A DNA stretch of 62,170 nt, filler included, from Stramenopiles sp. TOSAG23-3 (lineage: Eukaryota): the NCBI GenBank assembly GCA_900128585.1. It is 16 parts of 16 records of this genome, joined end to end, with 100 filler letters (N's around TTAATTAATTAA, not from the genome) between each part and the next. Parts side by side here need not be neighbours in the genome. Positions count along the whole stretch, not along the records: positions 11,718 to 15,522 come from LT644067.1; positions 15,623 to 19,424 come from LT644068.1; positions 19,525 to 23,323 come from LT644069.1; 13 more parts are not named here. One strand, written 5' to 3'. The position numbers and the translations under genes were made by a program. Below are positions 12,002 through 21,689 of this stretch, piece by piece (position 1 is the stretch's first letter; every line of letters begins with the position of its first letter). The notes below the pieces were generated by a model. It did not search any database and was not told the DNA's origin. It saw only the letters and a list, made by a program, of their open reading frames with translations.

Positions 12002-12638
12002 GTTGCCGTTGTTGTCTTCCTGTTGTTGTCGTGTTGAAAATTTTAAGTATTTTATTTAATAATTATTATTATTTTTAATTGGTAGAAGAATGTAGTCTAT
12101 TTATAATAATAATATAAATAAATTCAGAATAAATTTAGACCACTACAGTATAATATGATGGTTGAAATACATAAAAATAAAAAAGTAAACTTTTATTGTA
12201 GATGTACAGTATCCATCCTATTCTTATTTATAGTCATCTATCGATATAATAATAATGCATTGTATAAAATAGCCCTTTTTTTATTTCCTTTTACTTCATA
12301 TAGCTTTAAGACTAAATAGAATAGACTAGTTTCGTACTTTAATATTAAAGAAAGAAACACTTTTAAGTTCTTCTTCACTTATGACTATAGTTTAAATAGG
12401 AATACAATACTTCTTTCTTTGTGATAACGTTGTGTGTATGTTAGTCCTAGCTAATTTGCATAAATCAATCTTTTTTTCTTTCTTCTATACATTTTTAATT
12501 GGTATTCTAAATACTAAATACTATAGAATTGCCTCTATATAATCTAAATTGTTTGTGGGGGTGACACAGTATCTTTTTTTTAATCTTCAAAAGATCTTCT
12601 TCTCAAAATCCACAATTAAAAAATAATAAAAAAATCAG

Positions 12639-12847
12639 GGAAGAGAAGAAGAAAGAAAGGAGAAGAAGAAAGAAGAAGAAGAAAGAAAGAAGAGAAGAAG
12701 AAAGAAGAAGAAAGAAAGAAGAAAGAAAGAAGAAAGAAAGAAGAAAGAAAGAAACAAGAAAGAAAGAAGAAAGAAGAAGAAGAAAGAAAGAAGGAGATTG
12801 AAAGAAGAAGAAGAAAAAAGAAAAGAAAGAAGAAAGAAAGAAGAAAT
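12639..12847 (+). repeat. Polypurine (GAA/GAAA)n tract
   Basis: About 200 nt of almost pure A/G upstream of MIC60. Confidence 0.9.
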
Positions 12848-13174
12848 AATTAGAGTATAGTTTTATTTATTTATATATTATTATTATTATTATATTATTT
12901 GTCTCGTCATATTTTATCAACAAAGAGAGAGAAGAGTTCATGTTGAGAAAGAATACGAATGGAATTAAAAAAAAAATGTATCAATTAGAAAGAGAAAGGT
13001 ACGTTATCAAATTTGAAAGAATGCTAAACAGAACAATCCAATCGTTGTCGTTTCTTCTGTTTTAAAAAAAATACAAAGTGTGTATACGCTTTGTTGAATA
13101 TATATTGGTGTGTTGTGTTGTGTCGAGCGCGCGCGGTATATTACAGAGCAAGAGTGTGTTTGTGTTGAGGAACC

Positions 13175-15121
13175 ATGTTACGACTTCGGAGTAGTCTTAT
13201 TCAGCGGGGTCTACGGTCGCGCAGGCCCGCCCGGGAAGTTAGGAAACGCTTTGTTAGTTCCAATAAAGAAGGTGCCGGCAAGAAGCCGCTCGGCGACGCT
13301 GCCAGGAAAAACCCTGACGTCGTTGACCAAGCAGCGTCCACCCAGGCCTCGAGAAAGTCCGGGGGTGCGGGCATCGGCACCTTGTTCGGCACTTTGGTCT
13401 TGGGAACCTCTGGGTACGTGGGCGTCCGTTTGTGCAAAGATGCCGAATTTTGCTCCACGATGAGGGAAAAAGCACCGTCGCTCGTCGAAGCGGTGGGGAA
13501 CTACATCCCCCTCGCGGACGACAAGAAACAGGCCCCGCCCGCGCCACCCGCCATGGAGGCCCCGCCTGCGCCCGAGCGAGGCGCACAGGAGACCCCTGCC
13601 CCCGAGGTTCCAGAGCCTGCCGTTGAAGAGCCCGTTGTGGCCGTGGCCGACCAGCCCACCGAGACGGCGGCCGCCACGGACGACGCCGTTGCCGAAGAAG
13701 CGAGCGGGCCCGCGAACGATGACAAGGCGGACGTGGACGCCCCGGCCCCCGCGGAGCCGGACGAGACCGCCCCGGTCGAGGACGAGGGCAGCGGCGACGA
13801 GAAGGCTGCGAAGGAGGCGATCGCGGCGGAAGTCACTGCGGCGGCCGAAGCCGAGGTCGAGGTCGAGCTTGCAATCAACGACGCAATTAGTAAAGCGGAG
13901 AAAATTCTGAAAGAGCGCCCCGGCGAGGCAGAACTGTCCCGCCTTCGGAACGAGGTGAAGGCCGTGAAGGCGAGGGTGGGGAACTACCAGGCCGAGGTAC
14001 GCGAGGCCGCCGTGGCGGACGTGCAGAGCAGCCAGGAGAAGCTGCGCCAGGACTTGGAGGACGTGCTCGCGCAAGACTTGACGACGGACGACATGGACCG
14101 GTTGAAGAGGCGCGTGGTAAAGCTGGTGATGGAGCTGCAAGAGCAGAACAAGCGAGAAGCGGGAAAGTTGATCGCTGTCCTCAATGCCGCGGAAGGGCGG
14201 GCGCAGGAGAAAACCGAGGACGCCCTGCGGGAGCAGGAGGAAAAGTACGAGGAGCTGATGCAGGCCCGCTTGGCCGACCAGGAGGTAGTCCTGCGCGCAC
14301 GGTTTGCGGAGAAAATGGACGAGGCGATTGCCGACAATTCGCAGCGGCTGCAGTACATATCCGAGAGCCAGGCCGAAAAGTACGAGCAAGAGACCGTCAA
14401 CAAAGTCGCTGCCGTGCGGGAGGCGGTCACCGCCCAGCTCACGAGCGAGCTTGAAGAGAAGCTTCGGGTCGAAAGCGAGGGCAACCTTCGCGTTCAAAAC
14501 GAGCGGGCCCGCGCCGTGGAAGAGATCAACCTTCGGCTGCAGGCATTGGACAAAGTTTTCCAGTGGAACTCCGAGTACTTGCAGAAGAGCCACCAGATAC
14601 ACTTGGTGTGCACCGCCCTGTTGGCGTTCCACGAGAGCTTGGAGGGCTCCACCAACCAGGTTAGCGAAGCCGCAGCATCCTTGAAGGTGGCCGCCGGCGG
14701 GGACAGGGTCATTGATGCGGCGATCAAATCAATCCCCAGACACGCGTACATGGGGGTCGCGACGATGCCCGAGTTGCAACGGCGTTTCGAGAGAGTCAAG
14801 AAGGAGTGCCGCAAGACGTTTTTTACTCCAGACAACGGAGGCATTCTTGGCCGGGCCGTCGGGTCCGTCGCCGCCGAGTTGACGATTGCCCCGGACGGAC
14901 TAGTCCAAGGGGAGTCCGCGGAAGCCCGCCTGGCAAGGGCAACGTACTTTTTGGAACGGGGAAACCTACAGAGCGCAATTGGCGAAATAGAATCAATCGA
15001 TGAAGAAGTTGCAGCAGTTGCGGGCGATTGGTTGAGAGCTGCGCGGACCAGGGTCATGGTAACTCAGGCGGTTCGGCTGATGTCGAGCCACATTACCACC
15101 TTGGCGGCAACTTTGTCTTAG
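13175..15121 (+). CDS. MIC60: MICOS subunit Mic60 / mitofilin
   Basis: Arg-rich mitochondrial presequence, single TM, long coiled coil, C-terminal mitofilin domain (GVATMPELQRRF, ARLARATYFLERGNLQSA, DWLRAARTR). Confidence 0.9.
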   Translation: MLRLRSSLIQRGLRSRRPAREVRKRFVSSNKEGAGKKPLGDAARKNPDVVDQAASTQASRKSGGAGIGTLFGTLVLGTSGYVGVRLCKDAEFCSTMREKAPSLVEAVGNYIPLADDKKQAPPAPPAMEAPPAPERGAQETPAPEVPEPAVEEPVVAVADQPTETAAATDDAVAEEASGPANDDKADVDAPAPAEPDETAPVEDEGSGDEKAAKEAIAAEVTAAAEAEVEVELAINDAISKAEKILKERPGEAELSRLRNEVKAVKARVGNYQAEVREAAVADVQSSQEKLRQDLEDVLAQDLTTDDMDRLKRRVVKLVMELQEQNKREAGKLIAVLNAAEGRAQEKTEDALREQEEKYEELMQARLADQEVVLRARFAEKMDEAIADNSQRLQYISESQAEKYEQETVNKVAAVREAVTAQLTSELEEKLRVESEGNLRVQNERARAVEEINLRLQALDKVFQWNSEYLQKSHQIHLVCTALLAFHESLEGSTNQVSEAAASLKVAAGGDRVIDAAIKSIPRHAYMGVATMPELQRRFERVKKECRKTFFTPDNGGILGRAVGSVAAELTIAPDGLVQGESAEARLARATYFLERGNLQSAIGEIESIDEEVAAVAGDWLRAARTRVMVTQAVRLMSSHITTLAATLS

Positions 15122-15421
15122 ATTCATTCTTTTGTGCGAGAGGAAGAAGAGTGTAACATTACCAAAGAAAAAAGTAACATTACTCCAGAAAATAATTTTA
15201 TATACAAATTTAAAATTACAGTAAATTTTATAAAAAATATTATTAATATTACCAACAAGTTGGTACAGGTACCAGGTACGGTACGGGTATTATACCAGGT
15301 ACCAAGAAATGCGCAGAGCAGCTGGGAGGGACCGGTATCAATTATTTCGGTGACAACTACCTAATTATAAAATCTATTTGCGTGATATGAGGACTAGCCA
15401 AACAATGGAATGAAGCACTCA

Positions 15422-15522
15422 TCTCTTCATCTTCTTCTTTCTTGTTCTTCTTCTTTCTTGTTCTTGTTCTTTCTTCTTCTTTCTTGTTCTTCTTGTTCTT
15501 CTTCTTTCTTCTTGTTCTTCTT
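15422..15522 (+). repeat. (TTC/TTG)n microsatellite at contig end
   Basis: Direct inspection. Confidence 0.85.
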
Positions 15523-15622
15523 NNNNNNNNNNNNNNNNNNNNNNNNNNNNNNNNNNNNNNNNNNNNTTAATTAATTAANNNNNNNNNNNNNNNNNNNNNN
15601 NNNNNNNNNNNNNNNNNNNNNN

Positions 15623-15701
15623 CTATAATAATATTTTAAAAATATACGAGGCGTCGTACATCTCATCATCATCATCATCATCACACATTTTATTATTTAT
15701 T
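15623..15701 (+). repeat. Left copy of 79-bp perfect terminal inverted repeat
   Basis: CTATAATAATATTTTAAAAATATACGAGGCGTCGTACATCT(CAT)nCACACATTTTATTATTTATT is the reverse complement of 19346-19424. Confidence 0.95.
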
Positions 15702-15926
15702 TTTTATTATTATATTATTTTGAAAAAAAATATTATAAAATCTTCATTCGTCAGCGATATAAAATATACTTAATAATAGTCGTCTAATTAAGAATTACAA
15801 GAAGTCAGAATGTAAACAAGTCTATGGCTTAAAAAGAAAGAAGGCAAATGTACGTTGTGGTGTTTTGTTGAAAGTAGATTTACACTTTCTCTCGTAAATT
15901 TTGTTACTTCCTTCTGGGTGTTCACG

Positions 15927-17147
15927 ATGGCAGACTTCTCTGGGTCCAAAGGCTCCAGCTCCAGGCAACGGGACGGCGACAACAACAGTCGCAAGAAAAA
16001 GAAGAAGCGAAAGCGCGACGATGATAGGCACTTTGCAAGAAAAAAGAAGCGCATTATACCGTACTGCATTGAGAACTTTAAGGAAAAAAGAATTGTGCTG
16101 GTGGTTGGGGATGGGGATTTTTCGTTTTCGCACGCTTTAATGAAGAATTGCTCCGCGAGCAAAGACACTCGAAGGATACGCATAATGGCGACCTCGTACG
16201 ATAGCCTCAGGGAGGTTGGCAAGAAGTACGCCGACAACTGCTTGGAAAAATTGAAATCAAACTACGGTAAGAACGTGCGCGTTTTGCACAGCGTGAACGC
16301 AACATCTTTGTCGCAGACGCTGCCGGAAGATTTGAAGAAGATCTACTTCGATGCCGTCGTCTTCCATTACCCCCATACGGGGCAGCAACGGACGCACTTA
16401 AACCGCAACCTCGTGCGCGACTTTCTGTCGTCCGCAGGGCCGTATATCAAGCCGAATACAGGAGAAATTCATATTACGCTCAAACAAGAGGCCCCTTACA
16501 AGTTTTGGAATGTAAAAGAGTTTGCGGAGCAGGCGGGGCTGGAGCTTAGGGAAAGCCTGCCGTTTCAGGAAAAGAAGTGGCCTGGGTACGTGCATCGAAC
16601 AACGCTCTTCGGTGCGAAACAGGTAGACGCATCGAAGTCATTGACGCACATATTTACACCCGGGCAGTCGCTTGCACATAACCCAAAACAGGCGCGTGAC
16701 AGCCAGGCGGCCTTGGAGAGAGAAGAACTGGGGGAAAAGAGAGACGACGAGATCGCTGAGAACGAAGGTGGGAATGAGCAAGAAAAACCCCGAGAAGCCA
16801 AGAGCGCAAAGAGGCGGAGAAAGAAGAAGAGGGTGTCACATTTTGCCCCCGTGGCCGTCCCGACGACGGACGATAAACTTGTCGCCACTTCATGGGCATC
16901 TACGAGTGGGGAAAGTTCTTGGGGAGGGTTTGGATCTGGCGCGGGTGGGGACTGGTCTTCCACCGAAAAGAGTGAGCATAATACTCATTTTAATCGTGCC
17001 GTAGGAAAATTAATGAAGGAATCCGAAAATTTTGAACAGGAAATTAACTATTTTGACATAAAGTTACAGGAAGACGAGCCCGAAAGCGATGCGAAAGATG
17101 ACGATCAAGAGGAGGACAAAAGCTCGACACCCGAGGGTGACGAATGA
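15927..17147 (+). CDS. 25S rRNA uridine-N3 methyltransferase BMT5-like (DUF2431)
   Basis: VLVVGDGDFSFS, ATSYDS, VNAT, FDAVVFHYPHTG, GEIHITLK, WNV, PGYVHR. Confidence 0.85.
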   Translation: MADFSGSKGSSSRQRDGDNNSRKKKKKRKRDDDRHFARKKKRIIPYCIENFKEKRIVLVVGDGDFSFSHALMKNCSASKDTRRIRIMATSYDSLREVGKKYADNCLEKLKSNYGKNVRVLHSVNATSLSQTLPEDLKKIYFDAVVFHYPHTGQQRTHLNRNLVRDFLSSAGPYIKPNTGEIHITLKQEAPYKFWNVKEFAEQAGLELRESLPFQEKKWPGYVHRTTLFGAKQVDASKSLTHIFTPGQSLAHNPKQARDSQAALEREELGEKRDDEIAENEGGNEQEKPREAKSAKRRRKKKRVSHFAPVAVPTTDDKLVATSWASTSGESSWGGFGSGAGGDWSSTEKSEHNTHFNRAVGKLMKESENFEQEINYFDIKLQEDEPESDAKDDDQEEDKSSTPEGDE

Positions 17148-17258
17148 ACCACATGACGCATGGGATGCAGCGGGGGGTAAACAATTTCTCTCTCTGGCAT
17201 GTCGGTTTCCAAATCGTTTGTGTAATGTGTATTTATATTATTTTAACGACACTACTCT

Positions 17259-18962
17259 CTAATTTAATATACCTTTTTCTCTGCCCCTTGCGATGCAAGC
17301 TTCCGCTTCCTTTCTCCAGCACTCAGCAACGGACACGTTTTGCTTGAGCAAAAGAGCCATGCCACGGAGCAGCATTGCCATTCTGACCATGATCATCATG
17401 TCCGGAGGAAACTGGGTCATTCGGTCCATCTCGTGGAGCCGCAGATGCCACTCTGTGTCCATGTGTTCCGCTTTCAGCCTGCCCAGCATGAGACGAGCGA
17501 AAGTGGCAATGAACTCTGTCGAATCGTTCAGGGTCACGACACCGACCTCCCGAAAGGCATCGGCAAGCAGTGCATCCGGCGCCGTCTCGTCTGCTACGAG
17601 GCAGACTAGCTTTGCCAGCCTGAGCTGAGAATCAGCGCTCAGAATTTTTACCTGCCCATAGTCTATCAGTCCCAGGCGATCATCTTCAAGGACGAGGATG
17701 TTGCCCGGGTGCGGGTCACCATTGAAGATACCAACACCAAAGACTTCAAACCCATGAACGTCCAGCAGCACATCCAACCACTGATGAATGTGGGATAACG
17801 CGCCTAACTCATCGAGTTCCCGTCGGGTACGCAGTGCCCACGACCCCCACGCCTCCGGGATCGTCGGAGCAGGGGAAATTTTTAGCACGTCTAAAACCAG
17901 AAACGTAGCGGTTCGTCGCCAGATGTTCACCACAGCGTCCACAGCGCCCCACAGGACAAAAATTATGTTTGGGCCAAATAATTGCAGGGCCAATTTTCCA
18001 AAATATCCCCCTCGAGGACGACCTTGGCCCATCCCCATCTTTCCACCGTTCTTGTCGTTGCTCTCTTTGTCCTTCAAAAAAACGTCTACCCCTTGCCGAA
18101 GATTTACGCCCATGCGACGAAGCAGAACGCTCGCGCGCCGCTCCAGCGTGGGACCAGGCAAATACGTCATTGTAATGATCCTTGGGGTGCACAAGGACTC
18201 GATTACTCGAGGAACCACGACAGATTTGTCAAATTTTCCATTCGCTCTAATTGCATTTCCAATCGTCACCATATTGTTCTGCTCTGCCACATAGTCAAAC
18301 TCATTCAAAAATTGCTTGCTGAACTCTTTCAAAATTGGTTCAAGCTCTTCTTGATCCACTGCATCGTCCATTTTATTGATCAATCGTGCCATCTGAGACA
18401 GAGACGAAATGTCACTGTTGAACCATGCCTCGGCATCTGGGTATTGGACCTTTATGACGACCTCCTCGTGGGTGCCTTTCAGATGTGCTACGTGCGCTTG
18501 GGCTGTAGACGCAGAACCGCATGGCTCCGGCGCGATGTAAGAGAAAGCCTCTTCAACAGGGCGCCCAATCTCATTTTTAATAACCGCCAGGATAACGTCC
18601 AGGGGTTCGGAGGGGGCGTTTGTCTGGAGTGTCTTGAAGTACCGACAATAGGGCTCCGGGGTAATCTCCGGTCTAACGCTTAAGTACTGCCCTGCCTTCA
18701 CAAAAATTCCACGAAGGTCTACGATCGCATCAAAAACTTTTGGTGCACACTTCTCGTGAAGTTCATGGAACGCCGCCTTCCTGTCCTCCGGACTACTCTT
18801 ATATAAGTGTTTGTGCAACAGGTGAGTGCCAATGTACGAAACCACAACAGGCCCGAGACGAGACCAAAAATCCAAAGACCTCCTGGCGCTAGGGTCAGAG
18901 AAAACATATGCACCGCCAACAGCGGTGCCAAGGATGGAACCAGCCAATACTTTTCTAAACAT
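17259..18962 (-). CDS. ABC1/UbiB atypical kinase (ADCK-like)
   Basis: GIFVKAGQYLS, SASTAQAH, VVIKVQYP, EFDYVAE, FNGDPHPGNIL, LIDYGQ. Confidence 0.9.
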   Translation of the reverse strand: MFRKVLAGSILGTAVGGAYVFSDPSARRSLDFWSRLGPVVVSYIGTHLLHKHLYKSSPEDRKAAFHELHEKCAPKVFDAIVDLRGIFVKAGQYLSVRPEITPEPYCRYFKTLQTNAPSEPLDVILAVIKNEIGRPVEEAFSYIAPEPCGSASTAQAHVAHLKGTHEEVVIKVQYPDAEAWFNSDISSLSQMARLINKMDDAVDQEELEPILKEFSKQFLNEFDYVAEQNNMVTIGNAIRANGKFDKSVVVPRVIESLCTPRIITMTYLPGPTLERRASVLLRRMGVNLRQGVDVFLKDKESNDKNGGKMGMGQGRPRGGYFGKLALQLFGPNIIFVLWGAVDAVVNIWRRTATFLVLDVLKISPAPTIPEAWGSWALRTRRELDELGALSHIHQWLDVLLDVHGFEVFGVGIFNGDPHPGNILVLEDDRLGLIDYGQVKILSADSQLRLAKLVCLVADETAPDALLADAFREVGVVTLNDSTEFIATFARLMLGRLKAEHMDTEWHLRLHEMDRMTQFPPDMMIMVRMAMLLRGMALLLKQNVSVAECWRKEAEACIARGREKGILN

Positions 18963-19345
18963 CCTCCGATCTATTCAAACTCCATGATTGTTTAAAATTT
19001 ATCCAAGCAATCATTTAAATTCGCTACGCCAATACGGTTTCAATTCATTCTACTCTTACTTTTCTTCGTACTACCACCAAAAGTGCTGATCATTAATATA
19101 CACATTCAACAAAATAAAAATAATAAAAATAAATAAATAAAGAAGAAGAAGAAGAAGAAAAAAATAAAGAAGAATAATAAATATATAATAATCATCATCA
19201 ATGAACAACAACAACAACAAAACAAAAAAACAAACTTTTCTCTTATGCTGTGTAAATGTTAATTATTTTAATCCTCTTCTTCTTTCTTCTCATTTTTTAT
19301 ATAATATTTAAAAAAAAAGCAAAATAATTAAAATATATTAATAAT

Positions 19346-19424
19346 AATAAATAATAAAATGTGTGATGATGATGATGATGATGAGATGTACGACGCCTCG
19401 TATATTTTTAAAATATTATTATAG
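19346..19424 (-). repeat. Right copy of 79-bp terminal inverted repeat
   Basis: Exact reverse complement of 15623-15701. Confidence 0.95.
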
Positions 19425-19524
19425 NNNNNNNNNNNNNNNNNNNNNNNNNNNNNNNNNNNNNNNNNNNNTTAATTAATTAANNNNNNNNNNNNNNNNNNNN
19501 NNNNNNNNNNNNNNNNNNNNNNNN

Positions 19525-19762
19525 AAGGCGACTGGCGCAACGGGCTCCAAGGCGACTGGCGCAACGGGCTCCAAGGCGACTGGCGCAACGGGCCCCAAGG
19601 CGACTGGCGCAACGGGCTCCAAGGCGACCGGTGCAACGGGCTCCAAGGCGACTGGCGCAACGGGCTCCAAGGCGACTGGCGCATCGGGCTCCAAGGCGAC
19701 CGGTGCTACGGGCTCCAAGGCGACTGGCGCAACGGGCGCTACGGGCTCCAAGGCGACTGGAG
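19525..19762 (+). repeat. 24-bp coding tandem repeat (AAGGCGACTGGCGCAACGGGCTCC), about 9 copies
   Basis: Direct inspection. Confidence 0.9.
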
Positions 19763-21564
19763 CGAGTGGCCCAACGGCCGCTAAACCCACCGTTCCAACG
19801 ACGTCAAAATCCAATGGCCGTGCCAAAAAAATCATGGAATCGAAAGAGTCTGCGACTGACGTTGGGGCAACTATCAAAAAGTTGGAAGAGGACATCAAAT
19901 CGTTGAAACTGAACGGCTGCGAAGAGTGTGAAAAGAAGAAGAAACGAAAAATGCAGCAAGAGAAAATTGAACGGCTTAGAAAAGAGCTAAAGAAGCTAAA
20001 AGAAACCGGCTGCGAAGAGTGCGAAAAAAAGAAATTGCGTGAAATCAAAGCAGCCACTGGTTCGAAGGCAACGTACCTGAAGCACGTTGCATCTTCTGCT
20101 ACGGGTGCAAAAAGCTCTGGGGCAACTGGTCCGACCACAAAACGCACCAGTGCAACTGGGGCCCCCGCAAAAAGCACCAGCGCAACTGGCTTCGCCACAA
20201 AACGCACCGGCGCCACTGGGTCTACCACTAAAGGCACGGGAGCGACTGGAACCACCGCAAAAAGCACGGGAGCGACTGGGTCCACCGCAAAAAGCACGGG
20301 AGCGACTGGGTCCACCGCAAAAAGCACGGGAGCGACTGGATCCACTGCAAAAAGCATGGGGACGACTGACCCCACTGGCCCAACTGATGCTATCACTCAG
20401 CTCAACGGCGAATTTGACGCACAGAAGATTATGTTAGCTGCGGCTGGCAAAACACTACCATCGTTAAATTCATACACAGGGTATTATTTCAACGAAAATG
20501 ATAAAAAGGACGGTAAGCTAATTCACACCGACGATACCAGCGTGGAGGAGTTCTTGCATCAGCACAGTCCACACCCAAAGAAGGGGGCGACCGCAACTGG
20601 GGCCACCGGCGCAACCGGATCGGGAGCCACCGGCGCAACCGGATCGGGAGCCACCGGCGCAACCGGATCGGGAGCCACCGGCGCAACCGGAACGGAAGCT
20701 ACGGCAACCATATCGTTGAATAGAACTTCAAATAATACATCAACTAGTGTCATTAGACGACGCAGAATCATTAGGACCGGCCAGACCAGTAGCTCTCCCT
20801 CAACACCATCGAATACATGTGTTGGGCAACCAATCTTGGAAACAAGTGGCCACAAGTACGCCTCCACAAAAGGCTTGGTGGGTCTTACAGCAGACTCCTA
20901 CGAGACCGGAGTGGAGAGCCCGTCCGCCGATATCAAATCTTGCCATATTTACGACAAAATGGTGACTGGGACCAACTGGGGATTCAAACTCAAGAATGGC
21001 GAGAAAGTTTACTTCTTTAGGCCCGCAGACAATAGCTCGAGTTTCTGCGATGTAATGACAGGGAAGAAACACTTCAAGTACAGCCCCTGTGGCCAACCAA
21101 ATACCTTTCGCGAGGTTCCTAAATTCGTCCCAACCAATGGAACCAGAGTTCCATTGGGTGGATCGTCGGACGCAAGTTTGGCCCTTCCATTCTGGGGTTC
21201 GAGATCTGCGACAAACCCAGGAGGGCCGGCATTTAGCATAGAACTTGTCTTGGAAACACAAGCTAAGAAGAAGGACACTGTAGACGTAGAGATGTTTAAG
21301 GTCTCCGCAATGAACACGACTGTATTGACACGATTAACGCCGTATGGCGACTTGACCCGTCAGCAACGACGCGAATGGGCCATGAAAAACAGAGAGTATG
21401 GCATTAACGGCAACTCGAAAGACGTGGACATCATTGCTGCCATGGAGGTGTCAAAACAGGCAGAGAAGAAAAAGGAAGAGGACGATTCCAAGAAGCTTTT
21501 GAAGCAAATCCTTACGGTTCACCACGGACACACGGACCCAAAAACCCAAGAAACAGCGTTTTAA
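19525..21564 (+). CDS. Gly-Ala-Thr repeat protein (5'-partial), collagen-like/mucin-like
   Basis: Frame is open from the contig start as (KATGATGS)n; further (STGATGSTAK)n and (GATGATGS)n blocks, duplicated GCEECEKKK, Cys-containing globular domain. Confidence 0.8.
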   Translation, partial: KATGATGSKATGATGSKATGATGPKATGATGSKATGATGSKATGATGSKATGASGSKATGATGSKATGATGATGSKATGASGPTAAKPTVPTTSKSNGRAKKIMESKESATDVGATIKKLEEDIKSLKLNGCEECEKKKKRKMQQEKIERLRKELKKLKETGCEECEKKKLREIKAATGSKATYLKHVASSATGAKSSGATGPTTKRTSATGAPAKSTSATGFATKRTGATGSTTKGTGATGTTAKSTGATGSTAKSTGATGSTAKSTGATGSTAKSMGTTDPTGPTDAITQLNGEFDAQKIMLAAAGKTLPSLNSYTGYYFNENDKKDGKLIHTDDTSVEEFLHQHSPHPKKGATATGATGATGSGATGATGSGATGATGSGATGATGTEATATISLNRTSNNTSTSVIRRRRIIRTGQTSSSPSTPSNTCVGQPILETSGHKYASTKGLVGLTADSYETGVESPSADIKSCHIYDKMVTGTNWGFKLKNGEKVYFFRPADNSSSFCDVMTGKKHFKYSPCGQPNTFREVPKFVPTNGTRVPLGGSSDASLALPFWGSRSATNPGGPAFSIELVLETQAKKKDTVDVEMFKVSAMNTTVLTRLTPYGDLTRQQRREWAMKNREYGINGNSKDVDIIAAMEVSKQAEKKKEEDDSKKLLKQILTVHHGHTDPKTQETAF

Positions 21565-21689
21565 TAACGAGTCGAAGTGAAGAGGCCCTCTTTAATAAAT
21601 TTTACTTTAATCATACGCAACAAGTAAGAAACTCCTTTTTATTCCAGGTAAAATATATCTAAACAAAATATGTCTGATTCTCATCAATT

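Noticed and set aside
13211..14632. 473-aa ORF antisense to MIC60
   Set aside because: Leu/Val/Gly-rich mirror of Glu/Ala/Lys codons; shadow frame
19525..19762. CRISPR-like regular repeats
   Set aside because: Head-to-tail 24-bp coding repeats with no spacers; eukaryotic context and no cas genes
19473..20396. (PVAPVALE)n ORF on the minus strand
   Set aside because: Antisense reading of the GAT repeats; the plus frame continues into non-repetitive protein
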